The notes: generated by a model from the letters alone, not told the origin. A stretch of DNA of 64,000 bases from Phycisphaerales bacterium (GCA_047600535.1 JASGKR010000001.1:2719638-2783637), one strand, 5' to 3'. Shown: positions 1-9,512, numbered from the stretch's first letter. Program-made: numbers and translations.

Positions 1-136
1 CTCGGCTGCTACGCTGAAGATCGTCGGCAGGTTCTGGGGGTACACACCCTTAGTGGTCACCAACCACAGGAACGCGTGGCGCGGGCGTACGAGGCGGCGC
101 ACACGCTGGCATGGCGGTTGCCACAGCGTGGGAATC

Positions 137-1126
137 ATGACTGCACGAGCACCCGCTGGCATCTCACCGCCTATCTCCCACACTGACATCCGCCGCTTTG
201 CCGAGGAGAAGGTCAACCTTCCCGCCGAGGACGCCAAAGAACGTCGTGCAAAGGTCAATGATCTGCGCGAGAAGCTGGCGAAGTGGATGAAGGATCATCC
301 CGACTGCGGCATCGCCAAGTCGTACCTGTCCGGAAGTCTTGCCAAGGGTACAGCTCTCCGTACTTCCAGCGACGTAGATGTGGCGCTGTACATCACGTAC
401 GACGGCGAACGCAAAGCGAGCCGGCAACTCTCCAACTGGATCGCCGAGCGCCTACGCAAGGCGTATCCACAGATGAGCCCGGACCAGATCGAGCCGCAGG
501 AATACTCCGTCAAGATCAAGTTCAAGGAGGCGGGTGTCGACGTGGACATCGTGCCCGTCTTCTACGAGGGTGACCCGCAGGACAAGGGCTGGCTGGTGTC
601 CAAGAAATCGGGTCGCTTGATGCTTACCAGCATCCCGATGCACCTCGCGTTTACGCGCAAGCGCAAGGACGCCCAGCCGCAGCATTTCGCTCAGGTCGTC
701 CGCCTCATCAAGTGGTGGGCTGCCGAGCAGAAAGCTAAGGACGCGAACTTCAGGTTCAAGTCGTTCATGGTCGAACTGATCTGCGCCCACCTGGCCGACA
801 ACGGGCAGGACTTCTCCGACTACCGGGCTGGTATGGAGGCGTTTTTCGACTACATCGTCTCTACAGGTCTGAAGAAGCGGATCGCATTCAAGGACAACTA
901 CCCGGTTACCGACCTGCCCGCGGCGATCACCGACCCCGTGCAAATCTTCGATCCGGTAAATGCCAAGAACAACGTCGCATCGCAGTACACCGATGAGCAT
1001 CGCCGCCTGATTGTTGAGGCCGCACAGGACGCACTCGACGCCCTGAACGAGGCTCACACAGCCGCCACGAAGCAGCACGCCGTCGAAATGTGGCGAGTCG
1101 TGCTCGGCCCTTCTTTCAGAGGATAA
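137..1126 (+). CDS. cGAS/DncV-like nucleotidyltransferase (CD-NTase), CBASS cyclase. The ORF extends to 53, and 137 is the first plausible ATG.
   Basis: Pol-beta NTase motif GSLAKGTALRTSSDVDVAL (G[GS]x...DhD) is present. A downstream acidic cluster VDVDIVP gives the third catalytic residue. Length is ~330 aa. The gene is immediately followed by HORMA-sized, TRIP13-like and NucC-like genes. Confidence 0.6.
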   Translation: MTARAPAGISPPISHTDIRRFAEEKVNLPAEDAKERRAKVNDLREKLAKWMKDHPDCGIAKSYLSGSLAKGTALRTSSDVDVALYITYDGERKASRQLSNWIAERLRKAYPQMSPDQIEPQEYSVKIKFKEAGVDVDIVPVFYEGDPQDKGWLVSKKSGRLMLTSIPMHLAFTRKRKDAQPQHFAQVVRLIKWWAAEQKAKDANFRFKSFMVELICAHLADNGQDFSDYRAGMEAFFDYIVSTGLKKRIAFKDNYPVTDLPAAITDPVQIFDPVNAKNNVASQYTDEHRRLIVEAAQDALDALNEAHTAATKQHAVEMWRVVLGPSFRG

Positions 1127-1129
1127 CAC

Positions 1130-1639
1130 ATGACGCAGAGTCACACGACAACGCAGACCTTTTCTCGCACTGACGCACGCTATATCGCCGGAAAAGTTGC
1201 CGCGGACCTTCGGCAGCTTTCTCAGGCGTACGGCGAGCCCAGCGAGGACCACATCGGCAAGCTGATGGGGGAACTCACTGAGTACCTTGCGGATGGGTAC
1301 CTCGACCGGGTCACCTATGGCTTTCGCAAAGGCGAGGAGTGGGTCATTGGGCTGAAGTACAGCGCAGCGGACATCGGCTCACTGACCTCTGATGATCGCT
1401 CGGGGCGGGTTCCGCGCGGGGTCGATCGAACTGGGGCTTCCTGGTATTCATTTCTCATTCTTAACAGCAAATGGAACGCGCTCACCGCAGAGCAGCGCAC
1501 GCAGTACGAGCGGGCATTGCCGATCCAGCGATCAAACGGCGCTGAACCCTCGGCCGGAGCACGCGGTTGGATTGAGGATAAGACATACTCGTCATCCGGT
1601 GGTGGCGTGCGGTGCGCGTCGGCTGGGGGTGCCACTTGA
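1130..1639 (+). CDS. HORMA-domain-like CBASS regulator (call made from size and position)
   Basis: A 169-aa ORF starts 4 nt after the CD-NTase stop and overlaps the downstream AAA+ gene. This size and position match HORMA in cdnC-HORMA-trip13-nucC operons. No motif was verified. Confidence 0.4.
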   Translation: MTQSHTTTQTFSRTDARYIAGKVAADLRQLSQAYGEPSEDHIGKLMGELTEYLADGYLDRVTYGFRKGEEWVIGLKYSAADIGSLTSDDRSGRVPRGVDRTGASWYSFLILNSKWNALTAEQRTQYERALPIQRSNGAEPSAGARGWIEDKTYSSSGGGVRCASAGGAT

Positions 1640-2589
1640 GCAGTGTCGATTTATTCGAGGACGTCGTAACGCTGCCGGACGCACGTGGTCAAGCCAACTA
1701 TGACCGGCTTGTAGGCTTGGACGACTACAAGGCACGGCTCGTAAAGGAGACTCTGCTCCTAGTCGATCCGAGCCAGCTGAGCGACTGGAACAAGAAGCAC
1801 CACAACGGACAGCTCGCGGCCGTCGAGTACTTCCACACCCGTCCGCCTCTATTCGTCCTTGCCGGTGACGTCGGCACCGGTAAGACGGCCTTGGCCCGCT
1901 CGTTCGGGAATCAAGTCGCCAAGCTGGCCAAGGTGCGGGTTGAGTTGTACACGCTGAGCCTCAACGCACGGGGGAGTGGGGCGGTCGGAGAGATGACGAG
2001 ACTCATATCTGGTGCATTTAGACAGGTACGCGAGGCCGTTGGCAAGACCCGCGGCAATGACGGCAAGGCTGGTCGTGGAATTATCTTGCTCATCGATGAA
2101 GCCGATGCGCTCGCCCAATCGCGCGAAGCAGCGCAAATGCACCATGAGGATCGAGCAGGGGTGAACGCACTGATTCGCGGCATCGACGACCTAGCAGCTG
2201 AAAGGCTTCCGATCGCGGTCGTCATGTGCACCAACCGCTTGGACGCAATTGACCCTGCCGTACGTCGACGCGCAGCTGCCGTGTTTGAATTCGCGCGCCC
2301 AAGTCGCGACCAGCGACTTGAGGTCATCAGGGCGGGACTCGCGGGTAGCGGCTTCTCCGAACGGGTGCTCGGCCAGGTTGCCGACGCCACCGGGGAGGCG
2401 ACCGGACGCGGCTACGGCTTCACCTACTCCGATCTGACCCAACGCCTTATCCCGACGGTTGTGCTCGACGCCTTTCCCGAGCGTGGCCTGGATGGTGCCC
2501 GCGCAATCGAGATCGCAAAAAGCCTTAAGCCGACTCCTCCCTTCCGTGAACAGGCGGTAGTGGCATCGCCCGGAGGACATCATGGCTGA
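1612..2589 (+). CDS. TRIP13/Pch2-like AAA+ ATPase of CBASS type III. The likely true start is TTG at 1636, overlapping the upstream stop.
   Basis: Walker A LAGDVGTGKTAL and Walker B ILLIDEADAL are present. Length is ~320 aa. The gene sits between the HORMA-like and nuclease genes. Confidence 0.65.
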   Translation: MRVGWGCHLSSVDLFEDVVTLPDARGQANYDRLVGLDDYKARLVKETLLLVDPSQLSDWNKKHHNGQLAAVEYFHTRPPLFVLAGDVGTGKTALARSFGNQVAKLAKVRVELYTLSLNARGSGAVGEMTRLISGAFRQVREAVGKTRGNDGKAGRGIILLIDEADALAQSREAAQMHHEDRAGVNALIRGIDDLAAERLPIAVVMCTNRLDAIDPAVRRRAAAVFEFARPSRDQRLEVIRAGLAGSGFSERVLGQVADATGEATGRGYGFTYSDLTQRLIPTVVLDAFPERGLDGARAIEIAKSLKPTPPFREQAVVASPGGHHG

Positions 2590-3331
2590 GAAGCCCACAC
2601 TAAAGCGGCTATTTCAGGGCGTCCAGAAGGAACTCGGCTCAAAGCTAGAGACCGCGCGAGAGGCTCTGGATCATCCTTCTTCGAAGGGCACAAAGACCGA
2701 AGACTACTGGATCGGGATGTTCCGTAATTATCTGCCGAAACGATACGACGTTCACCGTGCATTCGTGATCGACTCTAAGGATGTGCTCAGTGATCAGCTC
2801 GACATCGTCGTACATGACCGACAGTTCTCGCCTTTTGTGCTAAACCTCGACGGTGAATATTTTGTGCCTGCCGAAAGCGTCTACGCCGTACTCGAGGTCC
2901 GACAGACCATGAACGCGGCAAATGTGGAGTACGCGGCGGGAAAGATTGGGAGCGTTCGCAAGCTGCATCGGACGAGCCTGCCCATCCGCCACGCGGGCGG
3001 CGAGTACCCGGCCAAACCGTTGCACGACATCCTCGGAGCACTCGTCACTTTTGACAGCGACTGGACACCGCCATTTGGCGATGCCTTCCGGGCGGCAATT
3101 GCGAACGCACCGGCGATCGGTCGTCTCGACATGGGGTGCGCCGCCAAACAGGGCGGCTTTGAAGTAAAGTACGCACCGAACGAGCCTCCTGCAGTTGCAG
3201 CGGAGCGCTCCGAAGCCGCGCTTGCGCTGTTTCTGCTGCGGTTTATCGCGCGGCTCCAGTCCATGGCGACTGTCCCCGCCATGGACGTCCTGGCCTACGC
3301 CCAAGCGATCCCGAGGACCGATGTCCCCTGA
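2582..3331 (+). CDS. NucC-like restriction-endonuclease-fold effector nuclease
   Basis: The 249-aa protein has an N-terminal region HPSSKGTKTEDYWIGMFRNYLPKRYDVHRAFVIDSKDVLSDQLDIVVHDRQFSPFVLNLDGEYFVPAESVYAVLEVRQ. This closely resembles the NucC family, with a PD-(D/E)xK-like core IDx...D..LEV(R/K). The gene overlaps the AAA+ gene stop. Confidence 0.6.
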   Translation: MAEKPTLKRLFQGVQKELGSKLETAREALDHPSSKGTKTEDYWIGMFRNYLPKRYDVHRAFVIDSKDVLSDQLDIVVHDRQFSPFVLNLDGEYFVPAESVYAVLEVRQTMNAANVEYAAGKIGSVRKLHRTSLPIRHAGGEYPAKPLHDILGALVTFDSDWTPPFGDAFRAAIANAPAIGRLDMGCAAKQGGFEVKYAPNEPPAVAAERSEAALALFLLRFIARLQSMATVPAMDVLAYAQAIPRTDVP

Positions 3332-4232
3332 GAAGCGACCGATTAAACGACCGCCACCCACCACGGCCACCCTACGTCGACTCCTATTGAATTGGGAGCT
3401 TATCGATAGCGACGGCGGGCCGGGGACTAAGCCCGACAGTCGTGGGTCGTGGCACCTCTTCTGCCATCTGGCCGCCGCAGGCTCAATCCGTCGCCTCTCG
3501 AACGGCGGAGCCGCTTGGGTTGGAATTCACTATGACCGGCGGAAGGAGCTGTACGAAGCCGCCGTTTTCACCACCCTCTCGGGCCGTAGAGTGTCGTTAC
3601 CCTTTCGCTCGCGCGAGACCCACCGCCTGCTCGAAGAGAGTGAGCTCTGCGCCTATATGGAAGGAGCTTCACGCGGGCACATCCTCGACCGCTCGGCGAA
3701 CGATCCGGGCAACCCGACGAAGGACGACCGCCGCCAGGACTACGACCAGAACGTCAACTCGCCCAACGACGGCGGCCCAGTCTGGGAGATGTGGACGGTC
3801 AGCCGTGACATCCGCCCAGAGAACAAACTCGGCAGTTCGCTTGTCGAAGCCTACGCCGAGCTCCTGTCTGTGCTGGGAAGCAGGTTTGCGGCAGTCGTGG
3901 CCCGTGGGCGGATGGAGCCCGAGTACGGGCACCTCCGGCAGATGTGCGCCCTAATCGACGCCGGGTTCATCACACCGGAAGAAGCGATGACCGACATCGA
4001 GGCGGTGGCCATTCCGCCAGATGTGGAGCGGATTCTGCTTGAAGCCACGCCCGAGGCGTTTGTGACGGCCGCGGAGATGCTGGCGAAGAGGCGAAAGAAG
4101 CCGTGCTATTGGATGTACAGCCGAAAAGTCTCCAGCTTCGCCAGCGCCTCGCTGCTGCGCCGACTGGTGAAGACGCTGGGGCCCGCCGTCGCCCCCGAGC
4201 CGACTCGCAAATCACGGAATCGTCGCCACTAG
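3321..4232 (+). CDS. hypothetical protein, translationally coupled to the nucC-like gene
   Basis: The ATG at 3321 overlaps the nucC-like stop at 3329-3331, giving a ~303-aa product. No recognisable motifs were found. The gene is convergent with the downstream minus-strand genes. Confidence 0.45.
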   Translation: MSPEKRPIKRPPPTTATLRRLLLNWELIDSDGGPGTKPDSRGSWHLFCHLAAAGSIRRLSNGGAAWVGIHYDRRKELYEAAVFTTLSGRRVSLPFRSRETHRLLEESELCAYMEGASRGHILDRSANDPGNPTKDDRRQDYDQNVNSPNDGGPVWEMWTVSRDIRPENKLGSSLVEAYAELLSVLGSRFAAVVARGRMEPEYGHLRQMCALIDAGFITPEEAMTDIEAVAIPPDVERILLEATPEAFVTAAEMLAKRRKKPCYWMYSRKVSSFASASLLRRLVKTLGPAVAPEPTRKSRNRRH

Positions 4233-4937
4233 GTCCTCGACGATCCCGGCCTCAACCTCTGCAAAGCGACCTTTGCCCTTCTTACCACAGGCCGCCCCAC
4301 GGACGCAGATCACGTCCGCACCAGCCGCCCACAGCTCGGGCAACTGTTCCTTGGTGATCGAACCCGCCAGCCACGCTTCCTTTCCCTCGTCGTGCATGGC
4401 CTTGCACCACTTGGCGATCGCCTTCGTCTTGTGGTAGTCCAGGAGCCCGCGACCGATGCCTTTCTCAAACGTGTCGACAAGTACGCCGTCTGCTTTCGTC
4501 TTCACAGCCAATTTGATCGAGTCTTTGAGAGGCTTGAAGAAACGGTCCATTCCGTCGTCCACGAAGACGGCGGGGAAGAGCTTCTTTTTCGGGAACCAGT
4601 GCCGAACCGTCCGCACGATCTTTTCGCCCTGATAGATCGCTGCTTCTAAGGGCAACTCCGCAAGCCCGAACTTGATCAGATCGGCGCCAGCGATCGCGAC
4701 GCCGAGCGCCGCCTGGCATGCATTGGCCCGAGAGTGCTGGATCTCGCCGATGTTTGTCGAGATCTGGACCTTTGGGTACTTAGCTCTCACCTTCGCGCAG
4801 ACTTCCGCGATGTTGAGCGGGTAGGGCGTACCGAGGGCGGAGGCCGGGTATTCGACATCTGCGATCATCGCCCCACCTTCGGCGCAGGCGAGGGCCTCTA
4901 CTGGACCGCGAACGCTTACGAGAAGTCGCTGTTTCAT
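4212..4937 (-). CDS. MfnB/DUF556-like class-I aldolase-type TIM-barrel protein, (5-formylfuran-3-yl)methyl phosphate synthase family
   Basis: Motifs present are LLVSVRG...GGAMIADVEYP, GADLIKFGL, VLVDTFEKGIGRGLLDY, and WLAGSI...ADVICVRGAACG, which together resemble MfnB. Length is ~241 aa from MKQRLL. Confidence 0.5.
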   Translation of the reverse strand: MKQRLLVSVRGPVEALACAEGGAMIADVEYPASALGTPYPLNIAEVCAKVRAKYPKVQISTNIGEIQHSRANACQAALGVAIAGADLIKFGLAELPLEAAIYQGEKIVRTVRHWFPKKKLFPAVFVDDGMDRFFKPLKDSIKLAVKTKADGVLVDTFEKGIGRGLLDYHKTKAIAKWCKAMHDEGKEAWLAGSITKEQLPELWAAGADVICVRGAACGKKGKGRFAEVEAGIVEDLVATIP

Positions 4938-6571
4938 TTCTTTTTCTTCTTTGTGACCTTCTTTGCCGCCTTCTTGGCCTTCGCGCCTTTCTTGCGCTCG
5001 ATGTGGCAGACCCGCACGTCGAAGAATTTCGCACGTAGCGCGGCGCATCCATCGTAAAGACTAAGCCGACTGAAAAACGGCAGATCATCCGGCAGCGTCT
5101 TCGTGGGCGCATCGGCGATCGCGTAGACGATCCGTAGCTGCCGGGTTGGCACGCCCGTACTGAAGTCCTTCCACGGTGCTTTCGACTTCCACTTTGCCGG
5201 GATCTTCGCCAGGACCGCATCACGGAACGGCTGCGACCCGGCAATAAGCTGGGCCGAGTTCTCCCCCTGCTTGATGAGCGCACTGAAGGTCTGGGAGCTC
5301 TTCCACGCCTTTACATGGATGAAATGACCATCCTCCGAAACGAGATCGCAGGCCTCTACGGCATTGCCATCGGCATCGACTCCCTTACGGTCTAGTGCAC
5401 AGAACCGGTCGGGCTGCTTCTTGGCGACACCGTCGTTGTACTTGCCTTCGCCCCCGCTTCCTGTCCATGGGGGTAGGTAGTTGGGGTCGCTCTCTATGTC
5501 GATGTCGATGAAGGCGGCCTTGCAGTCGTCGATGTACTGTTGATCCAGCCGGTACCACTTCCCGTCCTTTAGCGCATACGGCTTCCCGTTGTAGTGCGTC
5601 TGAAACGTCGCGAGGTGTGACAGCGGCTGCTCAACGACAACGGACCCTTTTTCGTGAAGGCCACGGACGTTTAGTTGGTCGAGCTTGAGAGAGGCCCCGT
5701 GAGCCGCCCTCGCCCCAGCGACAATCGCTTCGACGTCTAGGTCCTCTAGCGGCTCCCATTGGTCGTCGGTCCATGAAACCTCGAAACTGTGAACAGAGCG
5801 CCAATCCTCCGCCTCCGGCAGGAAGAGGCCGATCTCTTTGCACGAAACAGGCTTGAGCGCGGCAAGCAACTTGCCGTCAAGTGCCTGCGTTACCGTTGCG
5901 TCAACGACGCGCTCGTAGCGTTTGAGGGCGGCAAGTCTTGCCTTCGGTTTCTTCGCGATTGCCGCAACAAGGCCATCGCAGAGCAATTGCAGTTCCGTAA
6001 AAGGGATGATGCCGCCGATCATGCAGGAGGTCGCGCCCGTAATTCTCTTGCCGAGCGCGGGATCGTTGCTCTTTCCACCTAGCCGGTGCACGTGGTCTCG
6101 CGCTCGCTGAAGCGGAAACGTCGCTAAGTCGCCCGGCTTGCTCGCGATCTGGAGCTTGTGAAGACCGTCGAACCCGACCGCCTTCGACTCGATCTCCTTG
6201 ATCGTGTTTGCCTCCAGCAGACGGCAAGCGGCTTCGAGTCCGAAGTCCTCCTGCACGAAAGTCTTTTCCAAAGCCATGAAGCCTTGACCGTACGTCAAAG
6301 CGCAAACTCGCCCGGATGTGGTCTTGAGAATGACGACAAGTGAGTTCGAGCGGTTGAGGACTGTCTTTGGCTTGGGGATGGCGCAATGCGGGAGGACATA
6401 CTCCAGCCAAGAGGGGACAGTGGTTTTGTCGCTTTGAAAGTACGCCGTAACGGGGAACGTCACTCCGGTGACCGCGACCTGTGTATATCCGCCCTTACCC
6501 AAGCTCGACGGTGCCATCGCATCGTCGAGGTTCTTCACCGAGTCTTTGAACACGTAGATGGTGTACTTCAT
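4934..6571 (-). CDS. hypothetical 546-aa protein with poly-lysine C-terminal tail
   Basis: A long ORF runs from MKYTIYVFKD. The C-terminus is AKAKKAAKKVTKKKKK. A possible nuclease-like D..ED..IHVK motif lies near residue 420. The 4-nt overlap with the upstream gene suggests an operon. Confidence 0.5.
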   Translation of the reverse strand: MKYTIYVFKDSVKNLDDAMAPSSLGKGGYTQVAVTGVTFPVTAYFQSDKTTVPSWLEYVLPHCAIPKPKTVLNRSNSLVVILKTTSGRVCALTYGQGFMALEKTFVQEDFGLEAACRLLEANTIKEIESKAVGFDGLHKLQIASKPGDLATFPLQRARDHVHRLGGKSNDPALGKRITGATSCMIGGIIPFTELQLLCDGLVAAIAKKPKARLAALKRYERVVDATVTQALDGKLLAALKPVSCKEIGLFLPEAEDWRSVHSFEVSWTDDQWEPLEDLDVEAIVAGARAAHGASLKLDQLNVRGLHEKGSVVVEQPLSHLATFQTHYNGKPYALKDGKWYRLDQQYIDDCKAAFIDIDIESDPNYLPPWTGSGGEGKYNDGVAKKQPDRFCALDRKGVDADGNAVEACDLVSEDGHFIHVKAWKSSQTFSALIKQGENSAQLIAGSQPFRDAVLAKIPAKWKSKAPWKDFSTGVPTRQLRIVYAIADAPTKTLPDDLPFFSRLSLYDGCAALRAKFFDVRVCHIERKKGAKAKKAAKKVTKKKKK

Positions 6572-6680
6572 GGGGTGCTGCCTTGAATACATTCCGAACC
6601 TACGACTGGGAGCAGGCCGGCCGTGACCGCACAACACTAAACCTTGCCGCGGCCGATTGCTTCACAAAACGCAAAACTAT

Positions 6681-7508
6681 CTAGTCGGCCTTTTTAATGA
6701 CGCGCCGCACCCACTGCTCTAGCTCGCGACCCTCATATTTCCCCAAACGAAATTGCCGCTGTTGTACGTAGCGGTTCGCGGGGTCGCTGAGATAGCTCGT
6801 GGTAATCATCAAGCCCTTGGTCGCGCCAAAGTCGTCACGAGCCGCGGATAGCTCTCTCACCTTATCGAGGCTGACCGCACGTGTCGGACCATATTTCTTG
6901 GCTTGCCAAACACTCTTGACTGCACCGAGAATTCGGTCGTTTCGCACACCCACGACATCAATTCCGTCATCGCCTCCTTCTTTTGTGATTTGAACTTTAA
7001 AACCATCTTCCTCGAGAAGTTGTCCGATGAGTTCCTCAAACTGACGCCATGAGAGTGCGTGCAAGCTACGCCCAGCGAGAAGGTGATCTCGAGCCAGTCG
7101 AAGTACGCTCGGCGCAAGGCCGATCCACATCGGGATTTTTGGCGGCGCGACGAGGCCGGTATCGGGCTTCCACAACTTGGGCCTGCCGAGAGGGCGTACT
7201 TCCAGGATGGACTCTTTTGGCCTCCCGAGCTGCAGTAGCCACGATCGAATTTGAGCCAATAAGAGATCTGGGGAAGCCTCCCGTTTTCGTTCGACTTCTG
7301 CTTGTCCCCGGAAATCCCAGACGTTGACGTCGAAGTCACCGGACATCGACCGTAGTGCATTGAATAGATGACCGATGGCTTCGGGGCGCTGCTTTCTACT
7401 GAACCCCTCCACAAATTTCACCAGACCACCGTCCACCGATTTCGGGCTGCGTGCCGTGCGGGCTGTTTCGATGAGTGATACGGCTCTCTTGGCGACTTCC
7501 TGACGCAT
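6681..7508 (-). CDS. Mrr-cat (type IV restriction endonuclease N-terminal-like) domain protein
   Basis: The C-terminal half is WRQFEELIGQLLEEDGFKVQITKEGGDDGIDVVG...VWQAKKYG...KGLMITTSYLS. This fits the Mrr_cat PD-(D/E)xK fold with DG.D...Q.K. Confidence 0.55.
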   Translation of the reverse strand: MRQEVAKRAVSLIETARTARSPKSVDGGLVKFVEGFSRKQRPEAIGHLFNALRSMSGDFDVNVWDFRGQAEVERKREASPDLLLAQIRSWLLQLGRPKESILEVRPLGRPKLWKPDTGLVAPPKIPMWIGLAPSVLRLARDHLLAGRSLHALSWRQFEELIGQLLEEDGFKVQITKEGGDDGIDVVGVRNDRILGAVKSVWQAKKYGPTRAVSLDKVRELSAARDDFGATKGLMITTSYLSDPANRYVQQRQFRLGKYEGRELEQWVRRVIKKAD

Positions 7509-8561
7509 ACACACCTCGATTCAAGGCCAGCCCTGACAATCTACGACGGAAGCTTAAGATCTACTGACCTCGGATAGATTTAGTTGCGAGCATTTTACTG
7601 GGGCGTGCCGCTTACCTGGGAGCCTGGGACCGTTAATGGCGAAGCGGTCGAACCGGCCGATCAGTGGGCGCGTGACTTTAACCGAGCCACCGCACCGGCG
7701 GCTCAGCGAGGGTCGGTGCGGCATCAAGGCAGTGCTTCTGGGGAAAGGACTCGCTGCGGGCGACCGCTCACTGGTAGCTTGAAGCACGGGTTTCTTTCTG
7801 CACGTTCCGCGCTTGCACTCTGCAAGATTTGGTGTAGGCTCATTGGCAGTAACGGCCCACCCACTTCAGCCAGGAGCCTCGACTGCGGGCTTCTTTGAAG
7901 GGCCAGCGAAACCGGACTCGGAACCGGGAAAGAGTGATCCGAGCGGCAAAGGGGCAGCCAGACCCGCCGAATGAACTGTGACTGGCCCGCCAGCGAGCGG
8001 AACACGCGCAAATCGGAGGCATTGGTGTCGAGCATTCGGGCGCGTGCCCGGGCACCTTGTCGTCTTTGTCCGTTTCGCTCGGAACGGGCGTGGTGAACGC
8101 TCTGCGGGGTACGCCTCCGCCTGCCAGACGTTCCGGTGTGTCTTCGCGCGTTGAAGGCCGAAGACTCGTTGGAGCGTGCGATGCGAATTCCGAATTGGAT
8201 AGTGAGCCTGCTGAGTGTGGAGTGTGAAGCGTGCCGCACGACATCAAATGGGACACGGGTACGAACACGACTGAGGGTCGGGCCGTTCCCGATCATGGCG
8301 TGCTGCCTCGCCCTGTATCTGGTGGCCAAGACCATCGTGAAAGCGTGCGCGGATGCGTCTCTGCCTTAACGGGGGCGGGCGGGGCCCTCCCCGCCATCGC
8401 ATTGGCTCCTGCCCGAATAACCCCCACTCCCTGACGGTCGGGGCTCGTGATAAGGAAGGATGCACCCGTGAACGGATATCCGGAATAAACGGAACGGCTG
8501 CCGGAACCCCCGCCTCCCGCGCTGAAGTTGCGCCTTTGGGTAAACGAAGACGCTTCGGCGT

Positions 8562-8688
8562 AGTCGTGAGTGCTGAGTCCTGAGTCTCGAGTGAAGCCCT
8601 GAGTTCGGAGTCGTGAGTAGCAAGACTCCCCACCCCCCTCCCCCCCTTCCTTCCCCCACTCAGCACTCACGACTCAGCACTCAGGACT
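8562..8688. repeat. Imperfect long inverted repeat: ~8 tandem NNTGAGT units, a C-rich spacer (ccccacccccctcccccccttccttccccc), then ~4 ACTCAGN units
   Basis: Seen directly in the sequence. agtcgtgagtgctgagt at 8562-8578 is perfectly complementary to actcagcactcacgact at 8658-8674. The repeated 7-nt units allow several pairing registers. The element lies ~60 nt upstream of the 8747 ORF. Confidence 0.6.
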
Positions 8689-8746
8689 CTTCGTTCCTCT
8701 GCTCAACACTTCCCGTTTCTCCTCAACTTCCAGAAAGGACTCTCCC

Positions 8747-9439
8747 ATGCCCGTTCTCCCCAGCACGAAGCTCGGCCGCATCGAGTGGTGCGAGGCTCGC
8801 ATCGCCGCGTGGACCGCCGCGCCGACCACCATCGGCCTCACACTCGCCGAGGTCACGGCGCTCGGCGCCCAGATCAAGGATGCTCGTCAGGCCTACGACG
8901 CCGCCATCAAGGCGAAGAACACCGCCAAGGACTCGACCGTCACCAGCGACAACGAGGCCTCGACGATGACGACCCTCGCCGCCAACGCCATCAAGCACAT
9001 CAAGGCGTACGCCGCCAGCTCGGCCAATCCGGATGCGGTGTACGCCGCGGCCTCGGTCCCGCCGCCCGCCGCGCCCGGCCCCACGCCGCCCCCCGGCCAG
9101 CCGACCAATTTTACGTTCGACCTCGACACCAACACCGGCGGCCTGGTCGTGCACTGGAAGTGCACCAACCCCGCGGGCGTCAGCGGCGTGGTCTACACCG
9201 TCCGCCGCGCGATCGGCGCTGCGCCCGCAACCACGGTCGGCGTCACCGGCGAGAAGAAGTTCAGCGACACGACGATCCCCGCCGGCTCGTCGAGCATCAC
9301 GTATCAAGTCTTCGGCCAGCGCGGCAGCCAGATCGGCCCCGCCAGCAACCCGGTGACGGTGCGCTTCGGCTCCGGAGGCGCGATGCAGGTCTTTGAAGAG
9401 ACCGCGGACACGAGCGCCAACGTGAAGCTGGCGGCGTGA
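8747..9439 (+). CDS. hypothetical secreted protein with fibronectin-III-like region
   Basis: The ORF is 230 aa. A PAAPGPTPPPGQP linker is followed by a beta-rich region TNFTFDLDTNTGGLVVHWKCTNPAGVSGVVYTVRR. AGGA lies upstream of the ATG. Confidence 0.5.
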   Translation: MPVLPSTKLGRIEWCEARIAAWTAAPTTIGLTLAEVTALGAQIKDARQAYDAAIKAKNTAKDSTVTSDNEASTMTTLAANAIKHIKAYAASSANPDAVYAAASVPPPAAPGPTPPPGQPTNFTFDLDTNTGGLVVHWKCTNPAGVSGVVYTVRRAIGAAPATTVGVTGEKKFSDTTIPAGSSSITYQVFGQRGSQIGPASNPVTVRFGSGGAMQVFEETADTSANVKLAA

Positions 9440-9512
9440 GAGGTGGAGTCGCGAGTCTCTTGTCGCAAGTCGCGGGACGAAGTCCGACTGGCAAGTCTGT
9501 GAATGTGATCAA

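Noticed and set aside
7515-8746. RNase P RNA, tmRNA, SRP RNA or group II intron domain V in the ORF-free region
   Set aside because: There are only loose resemblances (ggggaaaggactcg, ggcaaaggggcagcc). None of the conserved cores (GGAAAGUCCGGGCUCC, UUCGAUUCC...CCA, GGAAGGAAGCAGCC, GAGC..GUUC) is present. This needs an Infernal scan rather than a call.
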